Shown: positions 18,961 through 29,442 of the stretch, piece by piece | Position numbering within the stretch: position 1 is the first letter of the stretch | Layout: each line of letters begins with the position of its first letter | From: Candidatus Poribacteria bacterium | GTDB lineage: Bacteria > Poribacteria > WGA-4E > WGA-3G | DNA: 64,000 bases | Direction: 5' to 3' | Assembly (NCBI GenBank): GCA_964291315.2 | Contig: OZ219750.1 | Span: 160,001-224,000 of the forward strand | The notes under the pieces: model-generated | Seen by the model: only the letters and a program-made list of their open reading frames with translations | Told to the model about the DNA's origin: nothing | Databases searched by the model: none | Position numbers and translations under genes: made by a program

Positions 18961-20196
18961 ATGCAGATTACACAAGGTTTTACGGTTGGCTTAGCAGCGA
19001 TACGGCGTAACAAATTGCGTTCTGTGCTAACGACGCTCGGCATTATCATCGGTATAGCGGCGGTTGTGTCTGTTATTTCTGTTGGTGGTGGTGCAAAGCA
19101 TCTGATACTCGCTGAATTAGAACGGATCGGCGGTGCGGGCCTGATCATCTGTTTCAGGAAGGGGGAGTTTCGCAGAGAAGACGGCTCGTATGTGGAAAAT
19201 AAGCATCCAGAGTATATTGAGTATGAAGATCTCGATTTTCTCCTTGATAACTGTCCTTCTCTTAAAGGGGCTACAGCCTTGTCGGAAATTAATCTCAACG
19301 TATCGCACAAGCGCGTCAATCAGTCCCTTCAGATTCAAGGGGTTACGCCCTACTACGAAGATGTTAATAATTGGTATGTCGAAACAGGTAGGTTTATTAC
19401 ACAGATCGATATGGAACGGAGAGAACCTGTCTGTGTCATCGGTTCTGAAGTCAAGAAAGACCTATTTGAAAGTGCGGATCCGCTTGGCCGTCAGCTCAGA
19501 TTAGGAGAGGAGCGCTTTACTGTTATCGGGGTCATGGAGGAAAAAGGGAATAGTATAGCGAGCGAAGGGTGGGATAGCCGTGTGATTATTCCACTGACCA
19601 CAATGGAGATTCGCTTTATTGGACAACAGAAGGATTGGCTTATTTTATGGGCGCAAGCCGAGAGTTATGAAAAGGTCGATCAAGCTGTGGCTGAAATCAA
19701 AATAGCGATGCGGCAACAACATGGAGATGAAAAATATTTTGAATTTTTCACTGCAAAAGAGATTATAAAACAGGTGGGCGAGGTGAGTCGGATTATTCAG
19801 ATGCTCCTCGGGGGCGTTGCTAGTGTTGCCTTGTTTGTGGGTGGTATCGGTATCATGAACATCATGTTAGTTTCGGTAACCGAGCGGACTCGTGAGATTG
19901 GTTTGCGCAAAGCTATTGGAGCGAGGCGGCGCGATATTCTGATTCAGTTTTTAATTGAAGCGATTGTTTTAAGCGTTTGCGGCGGCCTCATCGGTATTTT
20001 CATTGGAAGTAGCCTTACTTCTGTTTCGAGTCTGGTTATTTCAAATTTCGTGAAGACGGCTTGGCCTGCGGCTGTCTCTACCCAAGCGGCTTTAATCGCT
20101 TTTAGCGTCTCGGTGTTCATCGGTGTGTTTTTCGGACTCTATCCGGCGAACAAAGCTTCGGGTCTAACTCCTACGGAAGCGCTGCGTCATGAATAG
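18961..20196 (+). CDS. MacB/FtsX-type ABC transporter permease
   Basis: RSVLTTLGIIIGIAAVV, GGIGIMNIMLVSVTERTREIGLRKAIGA, GLYPANKAS. Confidence 0.92.
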   Translation: MQITQGFTVGLAAIRRNKLRSVLTTLGIIIGIAAVVSVISVGGGAKHLILAELERIGGAGLIICFRKGEFRREDGSYVENKHPEYIEYEDLDFLLDNCPSLKGATALSEINLNVSHKRVNQSLQIQGVTPYYEDVNNWYVETGRFITQIDMERREPVCVIGSEVKKDLFESADPLGRQLRLGEERFTVIGVMEEKGNSIASEGWDSRVIIPLTTMEIRFIGQQKDWLILWAQAESYEKVDQAVAEIKIAMRQQHGDEKYFEFFTAKEIIKQVGEVSRIIQMLLGGVASVALFVGGIGIMNIMLVSVTERTREIGLRKAIGARRRDILIQFLIEAIVLSVCGGLIGIFIGSSLTSVSSLVISNFVKTAWPAAVSTQAALIAFSVSVFIGVFFGLYPANKASGLTPTEALRHE

Positions 20197-20295
20197 GGTT
20201 TCTTGATCCAAACTTTCCAAACCGAGGGTGTTGTAATAGACTTAGATAGTAGGTTTTGGTTGTGATCTACCTGCAAAAACGAAGGAGCATGTGCT

Positions 20296-21342
20296 GTGTC
20301 GAATCAGAAAACGAAAGTCCGCGCCGCTGTTGTTGGTCTCGGTTGGCCCGGAATTCAACATCTCAAAGGCTATATTTCTGATCCACGTTCGGAGGTCATT
20401 GCTGTTTGTGACTTGGATAAGGGGCGCGCCCGGGAGGTTGCCAAGGAATATGAAGTCCGGCGTGTGTATACGGATCATCTGAAACTGTTGGAAAACAGCA
20501 ATGTTGATGCTGTTAGTATCTGTCTGCCCAATTTTCTACACGCTCCTATTTCAGTTGATGCGTTAAACGCTGGCAAACATGTGCTTTGTGAGAAACCGCC
20601 TGCTCGGAATGCGCAAGAAGCATTGGTTATGGCTGATGCAGCGCGCGAAAATGATAAGACGTTAATGTATGCTCTTGTGCAACGTTTTGATGGCAGCACG
20701 CAACGGGTTAAACAGTTGGTAAGAGCGGGGAAACTCGGGGAAATTTACTTTGGCAAAGCAGGTTATGTTCGGCGGCGCGGTGTACCTGTCGGTAGAGAAG
20801 GCTGGTTTGTTGATAAAGAACGCGCGGGGGGTGGTGCCCTGATAGATATAGGTGTTCATGCTTTGGATTGTGTTTGGTGGCTCATGAACGCCCCGAGGCC
20901 CGTGGAAGTGATGGGGACATCATATTCTCACTTTAAGCATCTCGTACCTGATGGCATTAAATATAATGTTGACGATGCGACATTCGCCCAGATTCGCTTT
21001 GAAAACGGTGCGACTATTCTCCTTGAGACCACATGGGCGCTGAATCTACCGGGCGACAATTACATTAAAGTGGCGGGCACGAAAGCGGGAGTGACACTCA
21101 GTCCTTTCACACTTTACACAGAAGAAGATGGCAAGGAGTTGGACAAACCGCTTGAGGCTCCTGCGATTAACAGTTTTCATGAAGAAGTGAGCCATTTCAT
21201 AGAGTGTATAGTTGACAGGAAAGAACCTATCTCCTCGGCAGAACAGGGCATTATGCTGATGCAGATGCTTGATGGTATTTACGAATCTGCACAGCAGGGT
21301 CGGTCTGTCCCTATTGAGGATTTAAGTGTCGCGCCCGAATGA
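20296..21342 (+). CDS. Gfo/Idh/MocA family oxidoreductase
   Basis: VVGLGWPG, HVLCEKPP, GGGALIDIGVH. Confidence 0.9.
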   Translation: MSNQKTKVRAAVVGLGWPGIQHLKGYISDPRSEVIAVCDLDKGRAREVAKEYEVRRVYTDHLKLLENSNVDAVSICLPNFLHAPISVDALNAGKHVLCEKPPARNAQEALVMADAARENDKTLMYALVQRFDGSTQRVKQLVRAGKLGEIYFGKAGYVRRRGVPVGREGWFVDKERAGGGALIDIGVHALDCVWWLMNAPRPVEVMGTSYSHFKHLVPDGIKYNVDDATFAQIRFENGATILLETTWALNLPGDNYIKVAGTKAGVTLSPFTLYTEEDGKELDKPLEAPAINSFHEEVSHFIECIVDRKEPISSAEQGIMLMQMLDGIYESAQQGRSVPIEDLSVAPE

Positions 21343-22154
21343 AGTCTCTCTGTTTGAGCTTGTATGTCTATCTGGCATTCGCAGAGAAATCTTTCCAAAA
21401 GCGGATGCAATATCGGGTTGCTAATCTTGCGGGTTTAACTACCAATTTCTTTTTTTTGCTGGTACAAATTTTTGTCTATACTGCCTTCTACGCCGCCCGT
21501 ACCGGTCCCCAACCTCTCAATCTTGACGAAATTATCACCTATTTCGTTCTTTGTCAGGTTTCGTTTATGCTTATGCCGTTTTGGGGTGCTCGTTCTGAGA
21601 TTACGAGTGCTATTAAAAGCGGCGATGTCGTGCTCCAATTAACCAAACCGGTTGATTTCCAGGCATATTGGTTCGCTCATGAATGTGGTAGAGCCTACTA
21701 CTACTTATTCATGCGGGGATTCCCGACTTTTCTTATCAGTATTTTCTTTTTTAAGGTCTCGATTCCACAGCAGCCTGCTGTCTTAATAACATTTGCAATT
21801 TCAATGATGCTCTCCATTTTCATGAGTATTGCAATTACTATCATGATTTTTAGCAGCGCGTTCTGGACGCTTGATACAACGGGGGTTTCTGGAACGTCTT
21901 ATTCCATAATTACCTTCTTTTCTGGAATGTTGGTTCCGATTCCACTGTGGCCGGAAGGGTTAGCACAGATCGCAAGATGGCTACCGTTCGAGGGTTTGAT
22001 TGATGTCCCGTTTAGTATCTATTTAGTTAAGATTAGAGGTGTTGAGGTATGGTTTGCTATAGGTAGACAAGTAGTGTGGACTCTCTTTTTTCTTGGATTG
22101 GGACGTATCCTTTTAAGTCGAGGGTTTTCGCGCTTGGTTATACAGGGCGGTTAG
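21339..22154 (+). CDS. ABC-2 family (ABC2_membrane_6-like) permease
   Basis: QYR.NL, IKSGD...LTKPV, FFSG.LVP..LWP, C-terminal IQGG; about 6 TM helices. Confidence 0.85.
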   Translation: MKSLCLSLYVYLAFAEKSFQKRMQYRVANLAGLTTNFFFLLVQIFVYTAFYAARTGPQPLNLDEIITYFVLCQVSFMLMPFWGARSEITSAIKSGDVVLQLTKPVDFQAYWFAHECGRAYYYLFMRGFPTFLISIFFFKVSIPQQPAVLITFAISMMLSIFMSIAITIMIFSSAFWTLDTTGVSGTSYSIITFFSGMLVPIPLWPEGLAQIARWLPFEGLIDVPFSIYLVKIRGVEVWFAIGRQVVWTLFFLGLGRILLSRGFSRLVIQGG

Positions 22155-22170
22155 TAGATATTCCGAGAAA

Positions 22171-22971
22171 ATGCGTCATCTTTCGCTCTACTTCCAGTTC
22201 GTCAAACTCCGTATTCGGTCGCAGATGGAATATCGGTTTTCATTCGCCCTTGATTTGTTCTCTCAAGCGAGTGTCTCTGTCATAGATTTTTTCATGATTG
22301 CCCTTCTGTTTAACCGTTTCAAACAGCTAGCAGGCTGGAGTCTATGGGAGGTTGGGTTTCTGTATGGTATGATAGGTATCTGTTTTGCCCTTGCTGAAAT
22401 GATGGGGAGAGGCTTTGATGCTTTTCAGAGAAGTATTGTACTCGGTGATTTTGATACGGTTCTTATCCGTCCGCTTGGCACCTTCTATCAAGTTTTTGCG
22501 CATGAATTTTTGCTGCGTCGGTTAGGGAGAGTCGCACAAGCACTGGTTGTGTTGCTGATTGCCAATTCACAATTAAGCGTCCAGTGGACGTTTATCAAGA
22601 CAGGATATCTGTTGATTTCCCTAATGAGCGGGACCTGCTTTTTCATAGGGCTCTTCGTGATCGCTGCAACGTCCTGTTTTTGGACTGTCCAATCGATTGA
22701 GATCATCAATGTTTTCACACATGGCGGCGTTTTCATGGGTAGTTATCCGTTTTCTATCTATAGATGGTGGTTCCGGCACTTCTTTACCTTTATTGTTCCT
22801 CTGGCGTGTGTTAACTATTTTCCGTCCCTTTTTCTTCTGGAAAAAGTTGGAATGTCAGGTGTTTCACAGGTGGGTTTGCAATTAGCGCCTTTTGCAGGTT
22901 TCCTCTTTCTCGGTATCACTGTACTATTCTGGAGATGGGGTGTGTTGCACTATCAGAGTACAGGGCATTAG
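22171..22971 (+). CDS. ABC-2 family permease
   Basis: MEYRFSF, GDFDTVLIRP, YPFSIY, HYQSTG terminus. Confidence 0.85.
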   Translation: MRHLSLYFQFVKLRIRSQMEYRFSFALDLFSQASVSVIDFFMIALLFNRFKQLAGWSLWEVGFLYGMIGICFALAEMMGRGFDAFQRSIVLGDFDTVLIRPLGTFYQVFAHEFLLRRLGRVAQALVVLLIANSQLSVQWTFIKTGYLLISLMSGTCFFIGLFVIAATSCFWTVQSIEIINVFTHGGVFMGSYPFSIYRWWFRHFFTFIVPLACVNYFPSLFLLEKVGMSGVSQVGLQLAPFAGFLFLGITVLFWRWGVLHYQSTGH

Positions 22972-23079
22972 AATAGTTATACATGTCAATTTTAAGTGCA
23001 AGTCGATGGATAGTAACGCTTAAAGTATTTTTTTTAGCTTGATAATTTGCTATAGGATGGAAGGGCAGAGAGGACGGCG

Positions 23080-24096
23080 ATGATCGAAGTTGATAACCTG
23101 AGCAAAACCTTTAAAGTGTATCATCACCGCAAAGGATTTTTCGGAAGTTTTGTGAATATCTTTTCTCGCAGGCATCGCATAGTGCAAGCGGTGGACAAAA
23201 TTTCTTTTAGCGTAGCGCGTGGTGAAATCGTTGGATATTTGGGACCTAACGGTGCTGGGAAGTCAACGACTATCAAGATGTTGACCGGTATTTTGGTGCC
23301 TTCGTCGGGAAGTGTGATTGTGAACGGTTACATTCCACATCGGCAGCGGAAGCAAAATGCTAAGCAGATTGGGGTTGTGTTTGGCCAACGCTCACATCTA
23401 TGGTTCGATTTACCAGTTCAGGAATCGTTTGAGTTGCTACAGCGTATCTATCGCATTAGAGAAACCCAATACCGCGCCAATGTGGAAATGTTCGAGGAAT
23501 TGCTAAATCTTGGGGATTTTTTCCAGACCCCTGTCCGCCAGTTGAGTCTCGGTCAGCGGATGCGTGCAGACATTGCCGCTGCGCTGCTCCACAATCCAGA
23601 CGTGCTGTTTCTTGACGAACCGACTATTGGGTTGGATGTAGTTGCAAAGGCGCGTATCCGACAGTTTATCCAAAAGATTAACGAAGAGCGAAAAGTCACG
23701 GTTGTATTGACAACACATGATTTAGACGATGTTGAGAAGTTGTGCAAGCGCGTTATCCTCATCGATAATGCCCGTCTCTGTTTTGATGGGGAACTTGCTA
23801 CGTTGCGCCGGTTGCTTTCAACGGAACGTTTTTTGAACGTCGATTATGCGGATGTCTATGCGGACGTTAGCGTCCGGAACGCGGATGTTGTGTATCAGGA
23901 GGGTGCTCGCGTGCAGTATCGATTTTCGCCAGAGGAGGTTAGTGCAGCGGATCTCATCGGGGCGATCCTCAAAAAATTCAAGATTGTGGATATATCGATC
24001 CAGGATCCTGATATTGAGGACTTGATCAAAACTGTATATGAGGATAATCTTGCGCTTGAGCGTAAATTGGTAGAACAGGTCTCTCCAGACCTATAA
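23080..24096 (+). CDS. ABC transporter ATP-binding protein
   Basis: GPNGAGKST, LSLGQRMR, LFLDEPTIGLD, TTH. Confidence 0.95.
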   Translation: MIEVDNLSKTFKVYHHRKGFFGSFVNIFSRRHRIVQAVDKISFSVARGEIVGYLGPNGAGKSTTIKMLTGILVPSSGSVIVNGYIPHRQRKQNAKQIGVVFGQRSHLWFDLPVQESFELLQRIYRIRETQYRANVEMFEELLNLGDFFQTPVRQLSLGQRMRADIAAALLHNPDVLFLDEPTIGLDVVAKARIRQFIQKINEERKVTVVLTTHDLDDVEKLCKRVILIDNARLCFDGELATLRRLLSTERFLNVDYADVYADVSVRNADVVYQEGARVQYRFSPEEVSAADLIGAILKKFKIVDISIQDPDIEDLIKTVYEDNLALERKLVEQVSPDL

Positions 24097-24108
24097 AATG
24101 AGATTGCC

Positions 24109-24138
24109 TTGACAAATAGAAAAGCGGCAGAGTATACT
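24109..24138 (+). promoter_or_regulatory. Sigma70 promoter upstream of the LamG gene
   Basis: TTGACA-18 bp-TATACT. Confidence 0.6.
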
Positions 24139-24187
24139 ATATAAAGGTTTACACAAGATATATCTGAAAGTAAAAGGAGCAATAAAA

Positions 24188-24952
24188 ATGGATTTAAGAG
24201 TTGTGATCGCGATGTGCATCCTCGGTGTTCTTCTTACAACTCTCTATGTTGTAAGCCCCGCCGATGCGCAAGATTTTGTAACAGACGGGCTTGTTGCTAT
24301 GTATACCCTCAACGAGGCAGATATTGATGGTGAAGTTGTCAAGGATGTCTTTGCAGGCAACGATGCAAAACTCGTAGGTAGGCTCACATCTGTTAAGGGG
24401 GGGGTACTTGGAGAGGCCTTGGAGTTTGAAGGGAAACCGGATAACTATGTCGAAATTCCGGCCCTCGGCGAGTTTGAGTACGTTACCATTGAATGTTATG
24501 CCTTAGAAGGACAGTTCGGAGGCATTCAAGGAATCGTGTCGACATGGCAGTGGGAAGCTGGTAAGGTTCACTTCAAATTTGAGGGAAACCAAATCCAGGT
24601 CCATAAGAACGATGGCGTCAAGATCGCCTTCAACGCTGAGAGCGAAGAGTGGTATCACATCGTTTACACCAGTAATACCAAAGATGATGAGCTTAAGCTC
24701 TATGTTGATGGTGAGCTAGTTGATGAAGGGACTGCTGGTGCTGCTCCTGAAAAGATGGATGAACGCAGGATCGGCAGTGAACACGATGGTAGATACCTGA
24801 TCGGTATGATGGATAATGTCCGTATTTACGATCGGATTCTGGATGAAGATGAAGTTAAGCAGAATTTTGACTCGCAAAGCGATCAGTTGCCTGTTGAACC
24901 TGCTGGGAAACTTTCTGCTACTTGGGGGTACCTCAAGGGTTTAAGAGATTAA
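24188..24952 (+). CDS. Secreted LamG/ConA-like domain protein with C-terminal PVEPAGKLSATWGYLK tail
   Basis: Signal peptide; DGLVAMY, WYHIVY..KLYVDG, MDNVRIYDRIL. Confidence 0.8.
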   Translation: MDLRVVIAMCILGVLLTTLYVVSPADAQDFVTDGLVAMYTLNEADIDGEVVKDVFAGNDAKLVGRLTSVKGGVLGEALEFEGKPDNYVEIPALGEFEYVTIECYALEGQFGGIQGIVSTWQWEAGKVHFKFEGNQIQVHKNDGVKIAFNAESEEWYHIVYTSNTKDDELKLYVDGELVDEGTAGAAPEKMDERRIGSEHDGRYLIGMMDNVRIYDRILDEDEVKQNFDSQSDQLPVEPAGKLSATWGYLKGLRD

Positions 24953-24959
24953 GAACTGC

Positions 24960-25877
24960 ATGCGACGGCAACGGGTTCGGAAGGCCATCATTCCTATTGC
25001 TGGGTATGGGACACGCCTTTTTCCGGCGACGAAAGCTGTGCCGAAAGCGCTTTTCCCGATTATCGCTCAAGACGGTTTCGCAAAGCCGGTTATTCAGCTG
25101 ATTATTGAGGAGGTGCTGACAGCCGGTGTGGAAGAGGTGTGTCTCGTTGCTCAGCCCCAACAGGTTGGATCGATCTCCGATTATTTTTCTGAAGTCGTTG
25201 CAGATACAATTCGCGAAAACGCGGAATTGGGAGTGCAGGCGGATCGTCTGAAGGAAATAGGCGAGCGGTTGCACTTCGCAATACAAGAGGTCCCCCAAGG
25301 ATTTGGGCATGCTGTCTATTGTGCTAGAGATTTCGCCGCTGGTGAACCGGTTATAATCCTGCTCGGAGACCATCTCTATATTTCAGAATCTCAAGTCTCT
25401 TGTGCTAAACAAGTAACAGATATCTACGAGCAGGTTGGTCTGTCTATCACGAGTCTTGATCTCTGCCTTGAGAGCGATCTTTCACGCAACGGTGTTGTTC
25501 ACGGAAACCCTTCCATTGAATCTCCAAGACACTATACATTGTCACAAATTTCCGAAAAACCCACGGTCGATTTTGCGCAAAAACATTTGCGGGTAGAAGG
25601 CATCCCTGAACGGCAGTATCTCTGCAACTTCGGTATCGACCTCCTTACGCCCCTCCTCTTTGATATTCTGGATTATAACCACAAGCACCAGATCCTGACG
25701 CACGGAGAGATTCAACTTCGGGATGCAATGAATGAAATGATAAGACAAGAAGGCATGTACGGCTATCGAGTTGCCGGGCAGCGTTACGATACTGGCAACC
25801 CGCAGGAGCTCCTCAGGAGCGTCAATGCGTTTGGACTGCAAAGTCCGTATCGGGAAGTGTTTGAGAATCAAAATTAG
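24960..25877 (+). CDS. UTP--glucose-1-phosphate uridylyltransferase-like nucleotidyltransferase
   Basis: KAIIPIAGYGTRLFPATKAVPK, GFGHAV, LLGD, GEIQL, RYDTG. Confidence 0.85.
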   Translation: MRRQRVRKAIIPIAGYGTRLFPATKAVPKALFPIIAQDGFAKPVIQLIIEEVLTAGVEEVCLVAQPQQVGSISDYFSEVVADTIRENAELGVQADRLKEIGERLHFAIQEVPQGFGHAVYCARDFAAGEPVIILLGDHLYISESQVSCAKQVTDIYEQVGLSITSLDLCLESDLSRNGVVHGNPSIESPRHYTLSQISEKPTVDFAQKHLRVEGIPERQYLCNFGIDLLTPLLFDILDYNHKHQILTHGEIQLRDAMNEMIRQEGMYGYRVAGQRYDTGNPQELLRSVNAFGLQSPYREVFENQN

Positions 25878-25920
25878 TAAAATCAGATAGAACGTCCCGG
25901 ATTGGAAACGAGAAAACAGG

Positions 25921-28794
25921 GTGCTGAACAAAGAAGACCTCATAACATCTGCGTTCGTAAATATACTCCGTCCTATGCGGGCTGCATGGATACTGAAACA
26001 ACGTCCGTCGAAACCCTTTATTGAGAATAATAGGGAGCCCGATGTCATCATCTCCGAGGCAAAGCGGGATCCTGTTGCTATTGAGGACAAGGTTGACAAC
26101 GAGCGTGGGCCAGATCTCAGTGGTGAAGGACAACTCAAAGATTACTATCTGGGTAAGACACTTAAGACAAGTGGGCAGAAGATTCAGATGGGTATCGCTG
26201 TTCGATTTCCGTATAAGTTCAGGGAGATAGAGGAGGCAAATCTTGATGCGGAAATGGAAAGGGAAGATAACATCGCTTATTGTCTTCTCAGTACGGATGA
26301 GCCGTATAGATTTCCTGCGAAGGGATGGCTAACGGGTAGTGTGGCGGACCTTGCGACTGCTATCCGCGTCAGAACAATACCGATCGCCAAAATTAATGAA
26401 GCAGCGGTAATTTTGGAGCAAGGTGCGGATAATGCAGGCGAGCTGGTTGATGCAGCTATAGCTGAACGGCCTGAGATCGGTAATCAAATAGAAAAACTCC
26501 TCTACCAGGAGTCCTGTCCACAGACAACGCGAATGGCAATGCTTATCATCGGAAATGCTTTTATCTTTCAGAGTTCTCTTGCGGGTAAACCTGAACTAGA
26601 GGCGGTACCTTCGCTGAGTGGACTTCGAGGTCATGATGGTTTGCTTGATTCTGATCTTGTTTTTGACGCATGGGATACTATTCGGGCGGTAAACTATCGC
26701 TCTATTTATGATGTAGCGATTGGTTTGGTCAATGCCATCGCGCTTGATGACCAACTCGTCGGAAAGGTGCTTTATACGCTCCGCAACACAGCGCTGAACT
26801 TAGAGCGTATGGGACTAGCGAGAGAGCATGAACTTGCGGGGATCGTCTTTCAGAAGCTGATTACGGACCGGCGGTTTATTAAGGCGCACTATACGCGTCC
26901 TGAAGCGTCAGCTCTGCTGTCTGCCCTCATATTACCTGAGTTAAAAGGCAATGCTCAGCAAATTAAGGTGGCAGATTTCGCTTGTGGCACTGGCACACTT
27001 CTCAACGATATTTATCAGCGTATTCTCGGTTTTCATGAGAAGTCGGGTGGAAAAGGGGAAGATATTCATCGGTATATGCTAAAAAACAGTATCGTCGGTT
27101 GCGATATCCTGCCTAATGCTGTTCATCTTACGGCATCTATTATCGCTAGTACCTATCCGGAGATCAAAATTGGTGACACGCGAATCCATGCGATGGAATA
27201 TGGCATACAACGTCCCGACGGACAACGCGCGATTGGTGCTCTAAATTTGTTGTGCAACCCAGAGGAAACTCTACCGATACCGATGACAATCAGCCGCAGG
27301 GTTGGGGGGCGAGGAGATGAGGCAACAGATGCTGGGCAAGAATTTAGGCACAAAGAATTCGATGTTGTGATACAGAATCCGCCTTATACTAAGGGGAATA
27401 CAGACAAAAATTCTGGAGTTCCGAAAACAACTTTTGGAGATAAGGGCCCCGTAGTCGAAAAAGCGATGAAAAAGTCTCTTAAGGCACAGAAGGAGAAAAG
27501 CAGCGTCGCCGATGGGAACGCTGGTATCGCTTCATACTTTGTTGAGCTTGCAGATAAAATGCTGAAGCCCAACGGCAGAATGGGTATAGTTCTACCTATA
27601 AATGCCATTGCAGGCACAAGTTGGCGAAAGGTTCGAAGACTTTGGGCGAAGGAATACAGTGATGTTGTTGTCGTCACGATTGCAGATGCTCAAATTGAAA
27701 ACAGTACTTTTTCTGCAAGCACAGGCATAGCGGAATGTCTTGTTATTGCAACCAAGGGGAAATCTGAAACCACGGGCCGAGGCACTTTTGTCTGTCTACA
27801 TCGCTGCCCTGCCAGTGTACTGGAGGCGCTCGAAATAGCCAATCAGATCTATAGGACATCGGACGGTCTTCGTCAACTTGAAAGCGGCATCACAGGTGGT
27901 GATCCTATCAAGATCGGGGCAGAGTCCGTGGGCTATGTAATGGATGCCCCGCTTCCTAACTTTGATGAAGGCTGGGCGGTGTGCCGTGTCAAAGATATGG
28001 GGTTGCTTCAATCAGCATATCAACTCGCTAACGGACAGCTGAGACTCCCTCGACAGATAGAACCGCTTCGAATACCAATCTGTCGGTTATCCGATATTGC
28101 TAAGACGAGCCCCGGTCCTCTAGACATATACGGGGATCGTGGACGTGGCGGTTTTGATATTGAAGAGGGGTGTCCGGACACTGCCGATTATCCGTGTTTG
28201 TGGCATGTTGATTCTCGGGCACAGCGGACGATGCTTGTTTCCCCCGATTCACACGCGTTGCCTAGGCCAAACAAAGACTCCAAAATTAGGGACATATTGG
28301 CGGTTAATAGCCGGTTACACTACAGCGAGAGCATGCAGTTTAACGCAGGTTCTGTGGCGGTGATGTTTACTGAACAGAAGTCTATCGGTGTAAATACGCT
28401 GCCAAACGTTGCTTTTGCTGACGAAATCTATGAGTATGCTTGGGTGTTGTGGGGCAATTCGGTGCTTGGTTTCCTCTGCCATTGGATGCAAAGTGGTAAA
28501 CAGCAGCAAGGGAGAGGCATACTCCGAAAAACGACCTTACATTCACTACCGACATTGGATGTCACTCAATTAGCTCCTTCTCAGCTGAAGGCTGCTGAAC
28601 AGATTTTCCACGTGTTAAAACACCAACAGATGCGTCCGTTCAGCGAAATGGTAGATGATCCAGTGCGGAAACAGCTTGATCGATTACTGTTATCAAAGGT
28701 GCTGGGGTTGAAAGAAGACACACATCAGGAAGTTCATGAAGGGCTTGACCTGCTCCGCAAGAAGCTCTGTGCTGAGCCAAGCATCCAGGGCTGA
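25921..28794 (+). CDS. Type IIG-like restriction-modification enzyme / N6-adenine methyltransferase
   Basis: N-terminal PDVII...IEDK (PD-(D/E)xK-like); AHYT, DFACGTGTLL motif I, QNPPY motif IV. Confidence 0.8.
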   Translation: MLNKEDLITSAFVNILRPMRAAWILKQRPSKPFIENNREPDVIISEAKRDPVAIEDKVDNERGPDLSGEGQLKDYYLGKTLKTSGQKIQMGIAVRFPYKFREIEEANLDAEMEREDNIAYCLLSTDEPYRFPAKGWLTGSVADLATAIRVRTIPIAKINEAAVILEQGADNAGELVDAAIAERPEIGNQIEKLLYQESCPQTTRMAMLIIGNAFIFQSSLAGKPELEAVPSLSGLRGHDGLLDSDLVFDAWDTIRAVNYRSIYDVAIGLVNAIALDDQLVGKVLYTLRNTALNLERMGLAREHELAGIVFQKLITDRRFIKAHYTRPEASALLSALILPELKGNAQQIKVADFACGTGTLLNDIYQRILGFHEKSGGKGEDIHRYMLKNSIVGCDILPNAVHLTASIIASTYPEIKIGDTRIHAMEYGIQRPDGQRAIGALNLLCNPEETLPIPMTISRRVGGRGDEATDAGQEFRHKEFDVVIQNPPYTKGNTDKNSGVPKTTFGDKGPVVEKAMKKSLKAQKEKSSVADGNAGIASYFVELADKMLKPNGRMGIVLPINAIAGTSWRKVRRLWAKEYSDVVVVTIADAQIENSTFSASTGIAECLVIATKGKSETTGRGTFVCLHRCPASVLEALEIANQIYRTSDGLRQLESGITGGDPIKIGAESVGYVMDAPLPNFDEGWAVCRVKDMGLLQSAYQLANGQLRLPRQIEPLRIPICRLSDIAKTSPGPLDIYGDRGRGGFDIEEGCPDTADYPCLWHVDSRAQRTMLVSPDSHALPRPNKDSKIRDILAVNSRLHYSESMQFNAGSVAVMFTEQKSIGVNTLPNVAFADEIYEYAWVLWGNSVLGFLCHWMQSGKQQQGRGILRKTTLHSLPTLDVTQLAPSQLKAAEQIFHVLKHQQMRPFSEMVDDPVRKQLDRLLLSKVLGLKEDTHQEVHEGLDLLRKKLCAEPSIQG

Positions 28795-28878
28795 AAAGTG
28801 GAGCAGTGTGATTTGGTGGTGGGAATGCGGGGACTTATCTATAAGAATTCAAAAGAAAGACAGGTTTAGGAAACGAGA

Positions 28879-29436
28879 GTGAAAGAATTATTATTGGACG
28901 ATGCAAATCGGTTGTGCGCGTCTTTATCTGAATATGAAGCGACCCAGTGTAAGATAAACCTTGCGGAGTATAAGACCTTCGCTCTTAGTGAATCAGAATT
29001 TAACGACCTTGTTTTCATGGAAACAAATGACAAGGTTTGGGTCGGCAATCAGAAGTTAGTAGATATTTTAACGCCTAAAGGGCGGTCACGTACTCTTAAA
29101 GAGGTGGTGGGCAGGATTATGAAATCGTATCCGTATGAGAGCCCTATCAAAATCTTTAAGCATCTGTTTGACGATGAGCCGTGGTTTGATGGATGTTTTA
29201 TAATGAGGGCAAGATTTGATCTACGCCTATTCGGTGAATTGTTGGTTAGACCGCTGGCTGACTATGAGAAAGTAGTGCATCCTCCAGAAATCAAATTTTA
29301 TCTTGAAGATGGAAATCATAGGGCCCTGGTCTATGCCGTTTTTCTGAGATTGGGAGCAAAAGCGTATGAGCCTGTCCGAGTGATTTTCAGCCAAGACTGG
29401 AGCCACATCTATCCGTGGGCACAGTTGACTTCATGA
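28879..29436 (+). CDS. Hypothetical protein with ParB/sulfiredoxin-like motif
   Basis: FYLEDGNHRALV resembles the DGxHR motif. Confidence 0.55.
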   Translation: MKELLLDDANRLCASLSEYEATQCKINLAEYKTFALSESEFNDLVFMETNDKVWVGNQKLVDILTPKGRSRTLKEVVGRIMKSYPYESPIKIFKHLFDDEPWFDGCFIMRARFDLRLFGELLVRPLADYEKVVHPPEIKFYLEDGNHRALVYAVFLRLGAKAYEPVRVIFSQDWSHIYPWAQLTS

Positions 29437-29442
29437 TGCTGC

